A stretch of 64,000 nt of DNA from Burkholderiales bacterium Ga0077547 (GCA_001464195.1 LNEY01000028.1:5865-69864); one strand, 5' to 3'. Shown: positions 44,962-55,939, numbered from the stretch's first letter. Notes: generated from the sequence alone by a model not told the origin. Translations and numbers: made by a program.

Positions 44962-46812
44962 TCACTGGCGTTGCAAGCTGCCGGTCACCTGGCCCGCGCT
45001 ACCGTCTAAGGTGATGGTCGTCGGCACGCCGTCGGGATCGCGCTCGATGCCGCTAACGAAGACGTTGCCGAACTCATCGCCGTCGTCGATGGTGTTGACC
45101 GTGGTGGTGATGTCGCAACTCAGGTTGGAGTTGACGAAGCTTTCGGTGCTTCGGGTGGTGGTGCCGAAGAACTGGAAACCCGTGTTGAGGCCACCTCCGA
45201 AGCGTGCACCCCGAGTGATGCTTTGAACCGTGCGCGTGGTCAGCTGCCGCGTGCTGGGTGTGACACCGTCGGGCCGGCACGTGTTGTTGCCGGTGATGAC
45301 CTGCGTGAAGGTGCCCAGCGCTTCCAGCACGGTAAAGGTGTCGTCGGCTTCCGCCCGCACCCGGAAATCGACCGCGCCCTGGAAGGCAAACGTCACTTCC
45401 GATGACGTGTCCACCCGGTTGAAGGTGCGCGTGGCCCGGCCGGCCAGCACCACGTCGGTGGGTGAGCCGCCCACGGTTTGCCTCCCACAAAGCGCGGACT
45501 CCACTGGCCCGCCATTGCGCAAGGTCACTGTCATGCAAGCTTCCACGTTGAACAGAGGGTCGGCCTCAAGAGGAGTTACGACCGTGGTGTAGTTGCCCAG
45601 CGTGTCGGAAAAGCCATCCGGACCCACATCGGCGTCCACGGAGAGCACAAAAAATGCATAGGGCACCTGGATGCTGGCGTTGGCGTCAGCGGCAAACACC
45701 AGTTGCGCCCGCATGTCTAGCGACACTGGTTGACCCAGCGCGAAGGTGGGCAGCGGGCGAGGCTCGAAGACGATCCGCACGCAATCGTTCAGGCGCTGCG
45801 CGACCGTTTCGAAGTCCAGGCCCGGTAGCCCGCCGTTTCTGTTGAATCGCTGAACCTGTGCATGCGCACGCAGAGCGTTCTGCAGGCCCACCAACTGCGC
45901 ACTAACGATCGGAGCCGGGGCCATGCACGCGTCACGCCCCGCCTCGAAATCCTCATTGAGGATAGCCAGCACACGCTGCCGCAGCGCCGTGATCAAAGGC
46001 CCGAGGTTGCCCGGCGGCACGTCCGCAACATCGTTTGGGTCGAGCGCGTAGACCGCCAAGACCGCATTGATCCAGTTCCGCGCTACCAAGACGGCCACTT
46101 CGCGCTCGGTATCGGTGGCGACCGAGCGAATCGCCGCTGCCACCAGGCGCGGCACGACCCGGGTATCGTGCAACCGCACAAGCAGGGCAATCTCGGCTGC
46201 TTCGTCCTCTGTATCGACGAATGCGCGCATGAATTCGTCGTCCAGCGCGGCCACCGGATCTGCGTTCGCATCTACCGGCACTGTCGCCACTGCTTGCGCT
46301 GTGGCTTCGCTGACGCCGACATCGCTGAAGTGCAATACCTCGATGTCGATGAAGATTTCCCCGACGGTAGGTGGCACCAGTTGCATCGACGCGCCGTCGT
46401 TGCTGCGCAGGAAGCCGACCAGGGTGGTGTCGCTGCTGGTCTCTGGATTGACGCCCTCGATGCGCAGCGTGGCAGGCAGTGCGAACTGCAGACCCGACGG
46501 ACCGAAGCGCACTGCACCGATCAACCCGTCGGCCAGCGGTGCGGCACCCATCGACAGCACGGGTGTGGCTGTGATTTCGGTGCTGGTGGCCAGCGCGCCC
46601 GGCGGCACCGTGAGTGTGTAGCGCGTGCCGTCGGCGGCGGTGACACTCAGGTTGCCGCCAGTCGCGTCGAGCGTGGCGCTGACGGTTCGGGCGCTGTCAA
46701 GCTGTACCGACCCCGAAGAGCGGGTGTTACCTCCAGAGCCGCCGCCACAGGCGGATACCACCAGTGTGGCCGCAGCCAGCAGGAGCGCAGGCAGAAGTCG
46801 TGTCGAAGGCAT
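44962..46812 (-). CDS. Large lipoprotein of unknown function
   Basis: 616 aa. Lipobox LVVSAC followed by a GGGSGG linker. High GC3. No domain I can recognise. Confidence 0.8.
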   Translation of the reverse strand: MPSTRLLPALLLAAATLVVSACGGGSGGNTRSSGSVQLDSARTVSATLDATGGNLSVTAADGTRYTLTVPPGALATSTEITATPVLSMGAAPLADGLIGAVRFGPSGLQFALPATLRIEGVNPETSSDTTLVGFLRSNDGASMQLVPPTVGEIFIDIEVLHFSDVGVSEATAQAVATVPVDANADPVAALDDEFMRAFVDTEDEAAEIALLVRLHDTRVVPRLVAAAIRSVATDTEREVAVLVARNWINAVLAVYALDPNDVADVPPGNLGPLITALRQRVLAILNEDFEAGRDACMAPAPIVSAQLVGLQNALRAHAQVQRFNRNGGLPGLDFETVAQRLNDCVRIVFEPRPLPTFALGQPVSLDMRAQLVFAADANASIQVPYAFFVLSVDADVGPDGFSDTLGNYTTVVTPLEADPLFNVEACMTVTLRNGGPVESALCGRQTVGGSPTDVVLAGRATRTFNRVDTSSEVTFAFQGAVDFRVRAEADDTFTVLEALGTFTQVITGNNTCRPDGVTPSTRQLTTRTVQSITRGARFGGGLNTGFQFFGTTTRSTESFVNSNLSCDITTTVNTIDDGDEFGNVFVSGIERDPDGVPTTITLDGSAGQVTGSLQRQ

Positions 46813-46889
46813 GGGCAGACGCTAGGTTCGTTCGATGGATGCGCGCAATGCGTGGTGGGTTTGGCGGGCTGGACCCAAGGTCAGCCGCG

Positions 46890-47402
46890 TCAGCCGCGCC
46901 GCACCCGCAGCAGTTCGTCGAGGATGAGCAAGATCGCGCCGACGGTGATGGCGCTGTCGGCGATGTTGAAGCTGGGAAAGTAGCCACCGTGGAACATCGG
47001 GGCCAGCCAGTCCCAGTGGAACTGCAGAAAATCGATCACGTGACCGTGCAGCAGGCGGTCGATCACGTTACCCAGCGCACCGCCGAGGATCAATGCCAGC
47101 GCCAGGCTGAACAGGCGCTGCCCGCCGTGGTTCTTCAACATCCAGACGATCACCACCGTGGCCACCAGCCCCAGCCCGACGAAGAACCAGCGCTGCCAAC
47201 CCGAGGCGTCTGCCAGGAAGCTGAATGCGGCGCCCGGGTTGTGTACCCGCACGAGGTTGAAGAACGAGGTGATGGTGCGGCTGTCACCCAGTTCGAAGCT
47301 GCCGATGATCAGCGTCTTGGTGATCTGATCCGCCAGGATGATCAGCAGCGCCAGGCCGAGCCAGGGGAGCAGGTTGGAACCTGCTGCGTTCTTCGCCGCC
47401 AT
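46890..47402 (-). CDS. lspA: Lipoprotein signal peptidase (signal peptidase II)
   Basis: [18 protein letters not shown] and the FNIADSAI Asp motif. ATG 47400-47402 lies 1 nt after the ileS stop. Confidence 0.93.
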   Translation of the reverse strand: MAAKNAAGSNLLPWLGLALLIILADQITKTLIIGSFELGDSRTITSFFNLVRVHNPGAAFSFLADASGWQRWFFVGLGLVATVVIVWMLKNHGGQRLFSLALALILGGALGNVIDRLLHGHVIDFLQFHWDWLAPMFHGGYFPSFNIADSAITVGAILLILDELLRVRRG

Positions 47403-47403
47403 C

Positions 47404-50283
47404 TCAGGCCACGCGACGGACTTCGCCGTCGCCGTCAAGGTTGCTGGTGCAGCGACCACAGATCGTCGGGCGCGCCGCATCGTGGCCCACGTCGTCGCGG
47501 TAGTGCCAGCAGCGCTCGCACTTCTTGGCCCCCGATGGTGTCACCTGCACGGCGAGTTCAGCGCCCGCGCTGAGGAGCGCCTCCGAGGTGATCGTGACGA
47601 ACTTCAAACCGTCACCGAGTGACGCCAACAGCGCGTGGTCATCGGCACCTGCGGTGATCGAGATCGAGGCTTGCAGCGATGAGCCGAGCTGGCCTGCGGC
47701 ACGCACGGCTTCGATCTGCTTGTTGGCGAACTCACGGATTTCGCGGATGCGCGACCACTTCGCCAGCAGGGCATCGTCGGCCCATGCTGCGGTGTCGCTG
47801 TAGGTCTCGACGAAGATCGACGATGACCTGCCGGGCGCAAAGATCGGCCACGCCTCTTCAGCAGTGAAGCTGAGGAACGGCGCCATCCAGCGCAGCATCG
47901 CGTTCGTGATGTGCCAGAGCGCGGTTTGCGCACTGCGGCGTGCCAGGCTCTTCGGTGCCGTGGTGTAGAGCCGGTCCTTCAGCACGTCGAGGTAGAACGC
48001 GCCCAGGTCTTCGCTGCAATAGACCTGCAGCTTGGCCACCACCGGGTGGAACTCGTACACCTCGTAGTGCGCCAGCACCTCAGCCTGGAACTGCGCCGCG
48101 CGGGCCAGCGCGTAGCGGTCGATCTCCAGCAGATCCGACAACGGCACCGCGTCCTTCGACACATCGAAGTCGCTGGTGTTGGCGAGCAGGAAGCGCAGCG
48201 TGTTGCGGATGCGGCGATAGCCATCGACGACGCGCGCGAGGATCTTGTCGTCGATGTTCAGATCACCCGAGTAGTCGGTGCTGGCCACCCACAGGCGCAC
48301 GATCTCGGCGCCCAGCTTGTCGCTGACCGACTGCGGCGCGACCACGTTGCCCAGCGACTTGCTCATCTTGCGGCCCTGGCCATCGGTCGCGAAGCCGTGC
48401 GTGAGCAGGCCCTTGTAGGGCGCGTGATCCTCGATCGCACAGGCGATCAGCAGGGACGAATGGAACCAGCCGCGGTGCTGGTCATGGCCTTCGAGGTACA
48501 GGTCGGCTTCGGGGCCTTCGGCCTGGCCGGCACCAGGGTGCGAGCCGCGCAGCACGTGGTTGAACGTGCTGCCCGAGTCGAACCACACGTCAAGAATGTC
48601 GTTGCTCTTGGTGTAGTCGGCAGCCTCATCACCCAGCCAGTCGCGCGGATCGAGCTGCGACCACGCTTCGACACCACCCTGCTCGACGAGCGCGGCCGCA
48701 CGGTCCATCAGCGCCAGCGTGTTCGGGTGCAGCGCGCCGCTGTCCTGGTGCAGGAAGAACGGCAACGGCACGCCCCAGTTGCGTTGGCGGCTGATGCACC
48801 AATCGGGCCGGTTGGCGATCATGTCGCGCAGCCGGGCCCGGCCGTTCTCGGGATAGAAGGTGGTCGCGTCGATGGCGGCCAGTGCGCTCTGACGCAACGT
48901 TTGCGGCGCCGCGTCGGTGGCGAACACGCCCGCGGTGTCGTCGTTCGCTTCGTCCATCCGCACGAACCATTGCGCAGCGGCACGGTAGATCACCGGTGTC
49001 TTGTGCCGCCAGCAGTGCGGGTAGCTGTGCTGGAAGGTGGCGGTGGCGAGCAGGCGGCCGGCGTCGCGGAGCGCGTCGATGATGACCGCGCAGGCCTTCC
49101 AGATGTGCTGCCCGCCAAACAGCGGCAGGCTCGCGTCGTAAACGCCGCTGCCGGCGACCGGGTTCAGGATGTCGTCGATCGCCATGCCGTGCGCGACGCA
49201 AGACCTGAAGTCTTCCACGCCATAGGCCGGTGCCGCATGCACGAGGCCGGTGCCGTCGTCGGCGGTGGCGTAATCGGCGAGGTAAACCGGGCTCAGCCGG
49301 TCGTAGCCCGCATCGACATGGGCGAGCGGGTGGCGGAACCGGATGCCATCGAGCTTCTCGCCGAGCGCGGTGGCGATGACACTGCCCTGCAACGCATAGC
49401 GCTGGAGGCTGTCTTCAACACGCGCCGACGCCAACAGCAGCAAGCCGCGCTCGGTGTCGACCAGGCTGTATTCCAGCGCGGGGTTCAGGTTCAGCGCCTG
49501 GTTGGCCGGAATCGTCCACGCGGTGGTGGTCCAGATGACGGCGTAGGCCTCTTTGCTCAACGAAGCCAGGCCGAACGCCGCCGCCAGCCGCTCCGGCTCG
49601 GCGCACAGAAAGGCCACGTCGAGCGATTGCGAGGTCTTGTCGGCGTATTCAATCTCGAACTCGGCCAATGAAGATCCGCAGTCGAAGCACCAATACACAG
49701 GTTTCAGTCCGCGGTAGACATAGCCGCGCTCCATCACCCGTTTCAGCGTGCGGATCTCGCCGGCCTCGTTGCCGAAGTCCATCGTGCGGTAGGGGTGCGC
49801 CCAGTCGGCCAGCACGCCCAGGCGCTTGAAATCGGCCATCTGCTGCGTGATCTGTTCGGTCGCGTAGGCACGGCTCTTGGCCTGCACCTCGGCGCGCGGC
49901 AGCTTGCGGCCGAAGGTCTTCTCGATCTGGTTCTCGATCGGCAAGCCGTGGCAGTCCCAGCCGGGGATGTAGGTCGCGTCCATGCCCTTGAGCTGGCGCG
50001 CCTTGACGATCATGTCCTTGAGCACCTTGTTCACCGCGTGGCCGATGTGGATCTGTCCGTTGGCATACGGCGGGCCGTCGTGCAGCACGAACTTCGGCGC
50101 GCCGCATCGGGCCTCGCGCAGGCGCTGGTAGGTGCCGGCATCGTCCCATTGCTCGACCCAGCCCGGCTCACGCTTGGGCAGGTCACCGCGCATCGGGAAC
50201 GAGGTGTCTGGCAGGTTCAGCGTGGCACGCAGGCCCGAGGTGTCGGCATCCGGGGCGTTGGCAGAGGACTTTTCGGTGGACAT
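47404..50283 (-). CDS. ileS: Isoleucine--tRNA ligase
   Basis: 959 aa. HIGH motif [16 protein letters not shown], and a C-terminal zinc finger CERCWHY...CGRC. Confidence 0.98.
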   Translation of the reverse strand: MSTEKSSANAPDADTSGLRATLNLPDTSFPMRGDLPKREPGWVEQWDDAGTYQRLREARCGAPKFVLHDGPPYANGQIHIGHAVNKVLKDMIVKARQLKGMDATYIPGWDCHGLPIENQIEKTFGRKLPRAEVQAKSRAYATEQITQQMADFKRLGVLADWAHPYRTMDFGNEAGEIRTLKRVMERGYVYRGLKPVYWCFDCGSSLAEFEIEYADKTSQSLDVAFLCAEPERLAAAFGLASLSKEAYAVIWTTTAWTIPANQALNLNPALEYSLVDTERGLLLLASARVEDSLQRYALQGSVIATALGEKLDGIRFRHPLAHVDAGYDRLSPVYLADYATADDGTGLVHAAPAYGVEDFRSCVAHGMAIDDILNPVAGSGVYDASLPLFGGQHIWKACAVIIDALRDAGRLLATATFQHSYPHCWRHKTPVIYRAAAQWFVRMDEANDDTAGVFATDAAPQTLRQSALAAIDATTFYPENGRARLRDMIANRPDWCISRQRNWGVPLPFFLHQDSGALHPNTLALMDRAAALVEQGGVEAWSQLDPRDWLGDEAADYTKSNDILDVWFDSGSTFNHVLRGSHPGAGQAEGPEADLYLEGHDQHRGWFHSSLLIACAIEDHAPYKGLLTHGFATDGQGRKMSKSLGNVVAPQSVSDKLGAEIVRLWVASTDYSGDLNIDDKILARVVDGYRRIRNTLRFLLANTSDFDVSKDAVPLSDLLEIDRYALARAAQFQAEVLAHYEVYEFHPVVAKLQVYCSEDLGAFYLDVLKDRLYTTAPKSLARRSAQTALWHITNAMLRWMAPFLSFTAEEAWPIFAPGRSSSIFVETYSDTAAWADDALLAKWSRIREIREFANKQIEAVRAAGQLGSSLQASISITAGADDHALLASLGDGLKFVTITSEALLSAGAELAVQVTPSGAKKCERCWHYRDDVGHDAARPTICGRCTSNLDGDGEVRRVA

Positions 50284-50635
50284 ACTGAGGTCTTCGCAGG
50301 TGGCATTCGCGCCGGGCGCGTGGTCAAAAGACAGGGGGGTGTTGCCGCCGGGAGCGTGCCCATCGGACCGGGCCGCTCATCTCGCGTGGCGCCAGAGGCA
50401 GCCGGCTCGCACGCCGAGCCGCATCGTCAAATTCGATCGCGTGAGGTCTGCCGGTGCGTGGCACCGTGCGCGTCGAATGCGAGGTGGGCAGTGAAACGCA
50501 AATGCATGGGGGCATTCTACCGGCCGGGTTGCCGGGCCTTGCATACAGAATACCGGGCGCGATGCGGGGCTCTTCAGCCCCCAGGCCGAGTCACTGCGCC
50601 CCTGTTCGCGATCACCGCCACCACCAGACCTTGCC

Positions 50636-51643
50636 ATGCCGAACGCCGAGCCCCTCAGCACCGCACCTTTCAACGTCGTCGGTCGGAAGGCCGAGCGCGC
50701 GGGCCCACGCCTGATCGTGCTGGGCGCGGTGCACGGCAATGAGATCTGCGGACCCCGCGCCATCGAGCGGGTGTGGGCCGAGTTCGAGTCGAAACAGTTG
50801 AATCTGCTGCGCGGCAGCGTGTCGTTCGTGCCGATCACGAACGTCAAGGCCTATGAGCTCGTGCAGCGCGAGGGGGATCGGAACCTCAACCGCAACCTCG
50901 GTCCGGTTGAGCAACCGCAGGATTTCGAAGACCGCATCGCCAACGCGCTGTGCCCCTTGTTGAGCCAGCACGACGTGCTGATCGACTTGCATTCATTCCA
51001 CTCGCCCGGCGAGCCGTTTGCCATGCTCGGCCCCACCAACAACACAGGCACGCTGCAACCCTTCGCGCTGGCCGCACAAGAGGAGGCACTGGCGGCGCGG
51101 CTGGGTCCCAGACGCCTGGTCGAAGGCTGGCTGGAAACCTATGCCGACGGCGTGGCGGCACGCGTGCAGCGCGCCGAGCAATCGGATGATCCGCGCACCG
51201 CGCGCGCACGGCTGCTCAACACCGACCCGCGCTACGGCATCGGCACCACCGAATACATGCGCAGTGTCGGTGGCATGGCGATCACGCTGGAATGCGGCCA
51301 GCATGACGACCCGGCGGGCCCGGACGTGGCCTACCGGGCCATCATCAACACGCTGGCGCATTTGCGCATGATCGACGCGCCGGCGCCTGAGCCGCGCAAC
51401 GACATCGAGGTCCTGCGGTTGATTCACGTCACCGATCGGTTGAATCCCGGCGACGTCTTCGTCAAGCCCTGGGCCAGCTTCGATCGGGTGACGGCCGGCG
51501 AGCCCATCGGCCACCGGCATGACGGCACTGTCGTGACCGCCCAGGACGATGGCTACATCGTGTTCCCCAACACCAAGGCGCTGCCGGGCAACGAATGGTT
51601 TTATTTCGCGCGGCGCAGCGATCGTTCACTGAACGTTGATTGA
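50636..51643 (+). CDS. Succinylglutamate desuccinylase/aspartoacylase (AstE/AspA, M14-like) family protein
   Basis: GAVHGNEICG zinc-ligand motif and DLHSF. Confidence 0.8.
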   Translation: MPNAEPLSTAPFNVVGRKAERAGPRLIVLGAVHGNEICGPRAIERVWAEFESKQLNLLRGSVSFVPITNVKAYELVQREGDRNLNRNLGPVEQPQDFEDRIANALCPLLSQHDVLIDLHSFHSPGEPFAMLGPTNNTGTLQPFALAAQEEALAARLGPRRLVEGWLETYADGVAARVQRAEQSDDPRTARARLLNTDPRYGIGTTEYMRSVGGMAITLECGQHDDPAGPDVAYRAIINTLAHLRMIDAPAPEPRNDIEVLRLIHVTDRLNPGDVFVKPWASFDRVTAGEPIGHRHDGTVVTAQDDGYIVFPNTKALPGNEWFYFARRSDRSLNVD

Positions 51644-51700
51644 TCCAGCTGCTCGAACCGAAGTGTCGGACGCCGGTCGTTCTGGTTGGAAAGCGCTTGA

Positions 51701-52423
51701 GTGATTGAGGTTCAAGACCTGCGATTTGCATGGCCGGCAGTCTGGGGCCATGGCCCAGCGGCCGACTGCATCGCCATCGACAAGCTCACGATCGCAGCCG
51801 GTCGAACGGTGTTTCTGCACGGCCCGAGCGGTGGCGGCAAAAGCACGCTGCTGGGGTTGTTGTCGGGGGTGTTGCTGCCACGCAGTGGCTCGGTGAGTCT
51901 GTTGGGCACCCGCTGGGCTGATCTCTCCGGTGCGCGTCGCGATGCCTTTCGGGCTGATCACGTCGGCTACATCTTCCAGCAGTTCAACCTGCTGCCTTAT
52001 CTCAGCGTGCTCGACAACGTGCTGCTGCCCTGCCGCTTCTCGGCCCGTCGCCGCGAGCGCGCCAGTCGCGAGGCCGGCTCGCCCGGCGCCCAGGCGCGTG
52101 AGCTGCTCCAACGGGTCGGTCTGGCAGAGGCGTATTGGGCACGGCCTGCGGCGCAGCTGTCGGTGGGCCAACAACAACGGGTGGCCGCCGCGCGCGCGCT
52201 GATCGGTCGCCCCGAGGTGGTGATCGCCGACGAGCCCACCTCGGCACTCGACGCGGCCTTGCGCGACAGCTTCATGGACCTGCTGCTGGAGGCGTGTCGA
52301 GCTTCCGGTGGAACCCTCGTCTTCGTCAGTCATGACGAGCGACTGGCCGCGCGTTTCGACGAGCGAGTGTCGCTGTCGGCCATCAACCGCGCGGCGTCTG
52401 CATCGGTCGAGGATGTGCTGTGA
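51701..52423 (+). CDS. ABC transporter ATP-binding protein (MacB/LolD-like)
   Basis: Walker A GPSGGGKST, signature LSVGQQQRVAAARAL, and Walker B VIADEPTSALD. GTG start. Confidence 0.9.
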   Translation: MIEVQDLRFAWPAVWGHGPAADCIAIDKLTIAAGRTVFLHGPSGGGKSTLLGLLSGVLLPRSGSVSLLGTRWADLSGARRDAFRADHVGYIFQQFNLLPYLSVLDNVLLPCRFSARRRERASREAGSPGAQARELLQRVGLAEAYWARPAAQLSVGQQQRVAAARALIGRPEVVIADEPTSALDAALRDSFMDLLLEACRASGGTLVFVSHDERLAARFDERVSLSAINRAASASVEDVL

Positions 52424-53694
52424 GGGCATTGCTGACCTTGGCCTGGCACAGCGCCTGGAACCGCCGTGCCACGCTGTCCCTGGTGCTGCTGTCGGTGGCC
52501 TTGTCGACCTTCCTGCTGCTCGGCTTCGAGCAGGTGCGCACCGATGTGCGCGAGAACTTCTCGCAGTCGGTCAGCGGCACCGACCTCGTCGTCGGTGCGC
52601 GCACCGGCTCGGTCCAGTTGATGCTGTACGCGGTGTTCCGCGTCGGCAGCGCGACCAACAACATCCGCATGAGCAGCGTGGAGGCGATCGCCAAGCACCG
52701 CGCGGTGGCCTGGGTGGTGCCACTGTCCCTGGGCGACTCGCACAAGGGCTATGCGGTGCTCGGCACCACGGCCGGGTACTTCAACCGCTTTCTCTATGGC
52801 GACCGCGAGCCGTTGGCGCTGGCCCAGGGCAGCGCGTTTGCCGATGGCATCGAGGGGCTGTATGGCGCGGTGCTGGGCGCAGAGGTCGCCGATGCCTTGG
52901 GCTACCGGCTTGGCAGCCGGTTGACGCTGGCGCATGGCGTCGGCGGCCTGCCGGGTGCCGAGCATGCCGACAAGCCGTTCACGGTGGTGGGGATCCTCAA
53001 GCGCACTGGCACGCCGGTTGACCGCACGGTGCACATCAGCCTGGAATCGATGCAGGCGATCCACATCGACTGGATCGGCGGCGCGCGGATGCCGGGCGTG
53101 TCGATTGCACCTGAGCAGGCACGCAAGTTCGACCTGAGACCGAAGGTGGTGACGGCCGCCCTGATCGGCCTGAAAGGCCGCGCTGCGGTATTCAATGTGC
53201 AGCGCTTCGTGGCCGACTATGCCGATGAGCCCTTGATGGCGGTGCTGCCCGGCGTGGCACTCGACGAGCTGTGGGACGTGGTCGGCGTGGGCGAGAAGGC
53301 CTTGATCGGCATGTCGGCGATGGTGGGTGTGGTCAGTCTGGCTGGACTGGTCGCCGTGGTGATGGCGGGCTTGAACGAGCGTCGCCGTGAGCTGGCGGTG
53401 TTGCGCGCGGTGGGTGCGGCGCCGCGCCATGTGCTGATGTTGCTGACCGGAGAAGGGTTGCTGGTCACGCTGTGTGGTGCGTTGCTCGGGATGCTGGCCA
53501 CGGGCCTGCTCGTTGCGCTTGCAGCGCCCTGGGTGCAGGCGCATTACGGCGTCAACCTGAAACTTTCCGCCCCGAGCGCCGCTCAATGGGGTCTGTTCGC
53601 CGCCGTGGTGGTGGCGGGCGCGGTCGCCAGCCTCATCCCGGCGTGGCGCGCCTACCGGCTGTCCCTGGCCGATGGCCTGTCCCCGAGGGTTTGA
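52420..53694 (+). CDS. FtsX-like ABC transporter permease
   Basis: 424 aa. N-terminal TM helix, a large periplasmic loop and three C-terminal TM helices. 4-nt overlap with the ATPase gene. Confidence 0.88.
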   Translation: MRALLTLAWHSAWNRRATLSLVLLSVALSTFLLLGFEQVRTDVRENFSQSVSGTDLVVGARTGSVQLMLYAVFRVGSATNNIRMSSVEAIAKHRAVAWVVPLSLGDSHKGYAVLGTTAGYFNRFLYGDREPLALAQGSAFADGIEGLYGAVLGAEVADALGYRLGSRLTLAHGVGGLPGAEHADKPFTVVGILKRTGTPVDRTVHISLESMQAIHIDWIGGARMPGVSIAPEQARKFDLRPKVVTAALIGLKGRAAVFNVQRFVADYADEPLMAVLPGVALDELWDVVGVGEKALIGMSAMVGVVSLAGLVAVVMAGLNERRRELAVLRAVGAAPRHVLMLLTGEGLLVTLCGALLGMLATGLLVALAAPWVQAHYGVNLKLSAPSAAQWGLFAAVVVAGAVASLIPAWRAYRLSLADGLSPRV

Positions 53695-53696
53695 AC

Positions 53697-54302
53697 ATGC
53701 AGAGCAGATCGTCAGTGGGGTGGACAAAGGCATTGGCCCTGGGTCTCGCAGTGGGAGTCTGCGCCAGCATGGCCAGCGCTGCCGGCACCTCGGCGAGCCA
53801 GCCGATCGGCGGCACGGGTGTCAGCCAGCCGGCAGCCGCCGGCACGTTTCGCGAGATCAAGTGGGACGATCTGGTGCCCAAGGACTGGGACCCGCTGAAA
53901 GAGTTCAAAAACATCAACTTCAGCCTGATGAACGACAGCGATCCACGGGCCAACGAGATGCTCAAGCGCATGCGCGAAACCTGGGACAACGCGCCGACCA
54001 ACAATGACATGGACGGCGCCTCGGTGCGCATTCCCGGCTACCTGGTGCCGCTGGAGGACTCCAAGGCGGGCCTGAAGGAATTCCTGCTGGTGCCGTATTT
54101 CGGTGCCTGCATCCACACGCCGCCGCCGCCGGCCAACCAGATCATCTACGTGAAAGCAGAGAAGCCCGCGAAGGGCTTCCATTCGATGGACACCGTGTGG
54201 GTCAGCGGTACGCTGAAGACGCTGCGCAGCGACAGTTACATGGGCGCCAGCGGCTACCGCATGGACGCGGTGCGGGTCGAGCCTTACGTTGAGCCGAAGT
54301 GA
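53697..54302 (+). CDS. DUF3299 family periplasmic protein
   Basis: Signal peptide MQSRSSVGWTKALALGLAVGVCASMASA. C-terminal FLLVPYFGACIHTPPPPANQ motif typical of DUF3299. Confidence 0.8.
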   Translation: MQSRSSVGWTKALALGLAVGVCASMASAAGTSASQPIGGTGVSQPAAAGTFREIKWDDLVPKDWDPLKEFKNINFSLMNDSDPRANEMLKRMRETWDNAPTNNDMDGASVRIPGYLVPLEDSKAGLKEFLLVPYFGACIHTPPPPANQIIYVKAEKPAKGFHSMDTVWVSGTLKTLRSDSYMGASGYRMDAVRVEPYVEPK

Positions 54303-54314
54303 GTGAACCGCCGC

Positions 54315-55337
54315 TCAGGCCTGGGCAATCACCCGATCCCGGCCGCTATTCTTCGCTGCGTACAGCGCGGCATCGGCGCGTGAAATCAGCGAAGCGGCGT
54401 CGTCATCCGGCTTCATTGCCGTGACGCCGCCGGAGATGGTGACGGTCAACAGCACTTCTTGCGTGGTGCGATTGCGGATCCTCATCGCCTTGGTGCGGTT
54501 GCGAACCGCCTCGGCCAGTTCGATCGATTGGTCGAGCGACGTTTGCGGCAGCAGCAACGCAAACTCTTCACCACCGTAGCGCGCAGCGGCGTGGTTCGCG
54601 TCCGTCACCGCGGTGCGCAGGATTTCACCCACCGCCTGAAGCACACGATCACCCATCAGGTGGCCATGCGTGTCGTTCACTTTCTTGAAGTGATCGATGT
54701 CCAGCATCACCAGGCAGTGGCTGTGGCCGTCGGCGGTTTGTTGAGATAACAGGGATTCGATCTTCCGTTCGAAGCCGCGGCGGTTCAGGATGCCTGTCAT
54801 CGGGCACAGCAGGGCTTCACTGGTGGCGCGATCCAGATCGCTGCGCAGCCGGTTGATCTCGTCCTGGCTGGTCGAGACCTTTTGTTGCAGCGCCTCGACC
54901 GAGCTTTTCATTTCGGCGGTGCCCGCAATCACTTCGGTCAGGCGAGGACGAAGCAGTTCGACATCGCGCGATGCCAGCGCCTGATTCAGTCCCGTCAGTT
55001 GATCCCCGAACGCGCCGGCCTGGTCGCCGGTCTGAGATGCCGTTTGAGCGACGCTGGTGAGCAGCCGTTCCATCTCGCCGCTGATCTTCGCCATCACCGC
55101 TTCGTCAGCCGGCGCGATGTGCTTCTGGTACAGCGTGATGACCGTGCCGTCATCCATGCCCTTGCCCGAATTGAGCACCTCATCCATCGCTGCGGTCAGT
55201 GCGGGATTGATCCCCGCTGCATATTCGTACCAGAGCGTGAAGGTCACTGGATTGAAGGCGGCTTCATGTTTCCCCATGTGTCCCAAAGCCAAGCGAAGCA
55301 ACTCTGCGGTTCGGTCTTTCGGTTCTGAATACCTCAC
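54315..55337 (-). CDS. Diguanylate cyclase (GGDEF domain) with N-terminal coiled-coil sensor region
   Basis: GGEEF active site, RXXD I-site-like RRGFERK..., and DHFKKVND. Confidence 0.9.
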   Translation of the reverse strand: MRYSEPKDRTAELLRLALGHMGKHEAAFNPVTFTLWYEYAAGINPALTAAMDEVLNSGKGMDDGTVITLYQKHIAPADEAVMAKISGEMERLLTSVAQTASQTGDQAGAFGDQLTGLNQALASRDVELLRPRLTEVIAGTAEMKSSVEALQQKVSTSQDEINRLRSDLDRATSEALLCPMTGILNRRGFERKIESLLSQQTADGHSHCLVMLDIDHFKKVNDTHGHLMGDRVLQAVGEILRTAVTDANHAAARYGGEEFALLLPQTSLDQSIELAEAVRNRTKAMRIRNRTTQEVLLTVTISGGVTAMKPDDDAASLISRADAALYAAKNSGRDRVIAQA

Positions 55338-55504
55338 GGGGTGCTTTCAAGGACGGTCACAGAGAGGAAAAAATTCTAAGGTCAATTTTTTCAATGCAAT
55401 AGAGAGGGTCGCGTCGCGCCTGCGCCACCAAGCCATTGAATCAGTCCCAAGCACCGCATGGCGCTCGATCAACGTCTGTCGAAATCCACGCTGACAATCC
55501 ATCC

Positions 55505-55939
55505 ATGTTCACGCCTTCTCAACACGATGTGCGTCGCTTCTTCTGTGAGGCGCATGCCAAGGCTCGCGCTGGAAGGCCTCTGTCTGCGCTGGAGATCGTC
55601 GCTGCAGATTGGATCGCGTTGCATCCGGAGTACCACGCAGTGCTGGCCGATGTCGATCAGGCGCTGGAGGCCGTCTACGAGGTGGATTCGGGTCAAACCA
55701 ACCCGTTCCTGCACTTGTCGATGCACCTTTCCATCAGCGAACAATTCTCGGTCGATCAGCCGCGCGGCATCAAGCAGGCGACTGAACTGCTGGCAGCTCG
55801 CCGCGGCTCGCTGCACGACGCACACCATGAAGTCATGGAGTGTCTGGGCGAGATGATGTGGACCTCACAACGCACGGGCCTGCCACCGGATGGCGAGCGC
55901 TATATCGAGGCCGTCCGACGACGAGCGATGCGTGACTGA
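55505..55939 (+). CDS. DUF1841 family protein
   Basis: MFTPSQHDVRRFFCEAHAKA and NPFLHLSMHLSISEQ motifs. ATG 55505. Confidence 0.8.
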   Translation: MFTPSQHDVRRFFCEAHAKARAGRPLSALEIVAADWIALHPEYHAVLADVDQALEAVYEVDSGQTNPFLHLSMHLSISEQFSVDQPRGIKQATELLAARRGSLHDAHHEVMECLGEMMWTSQRTGLPPDGERYIEAVRRRAMRD

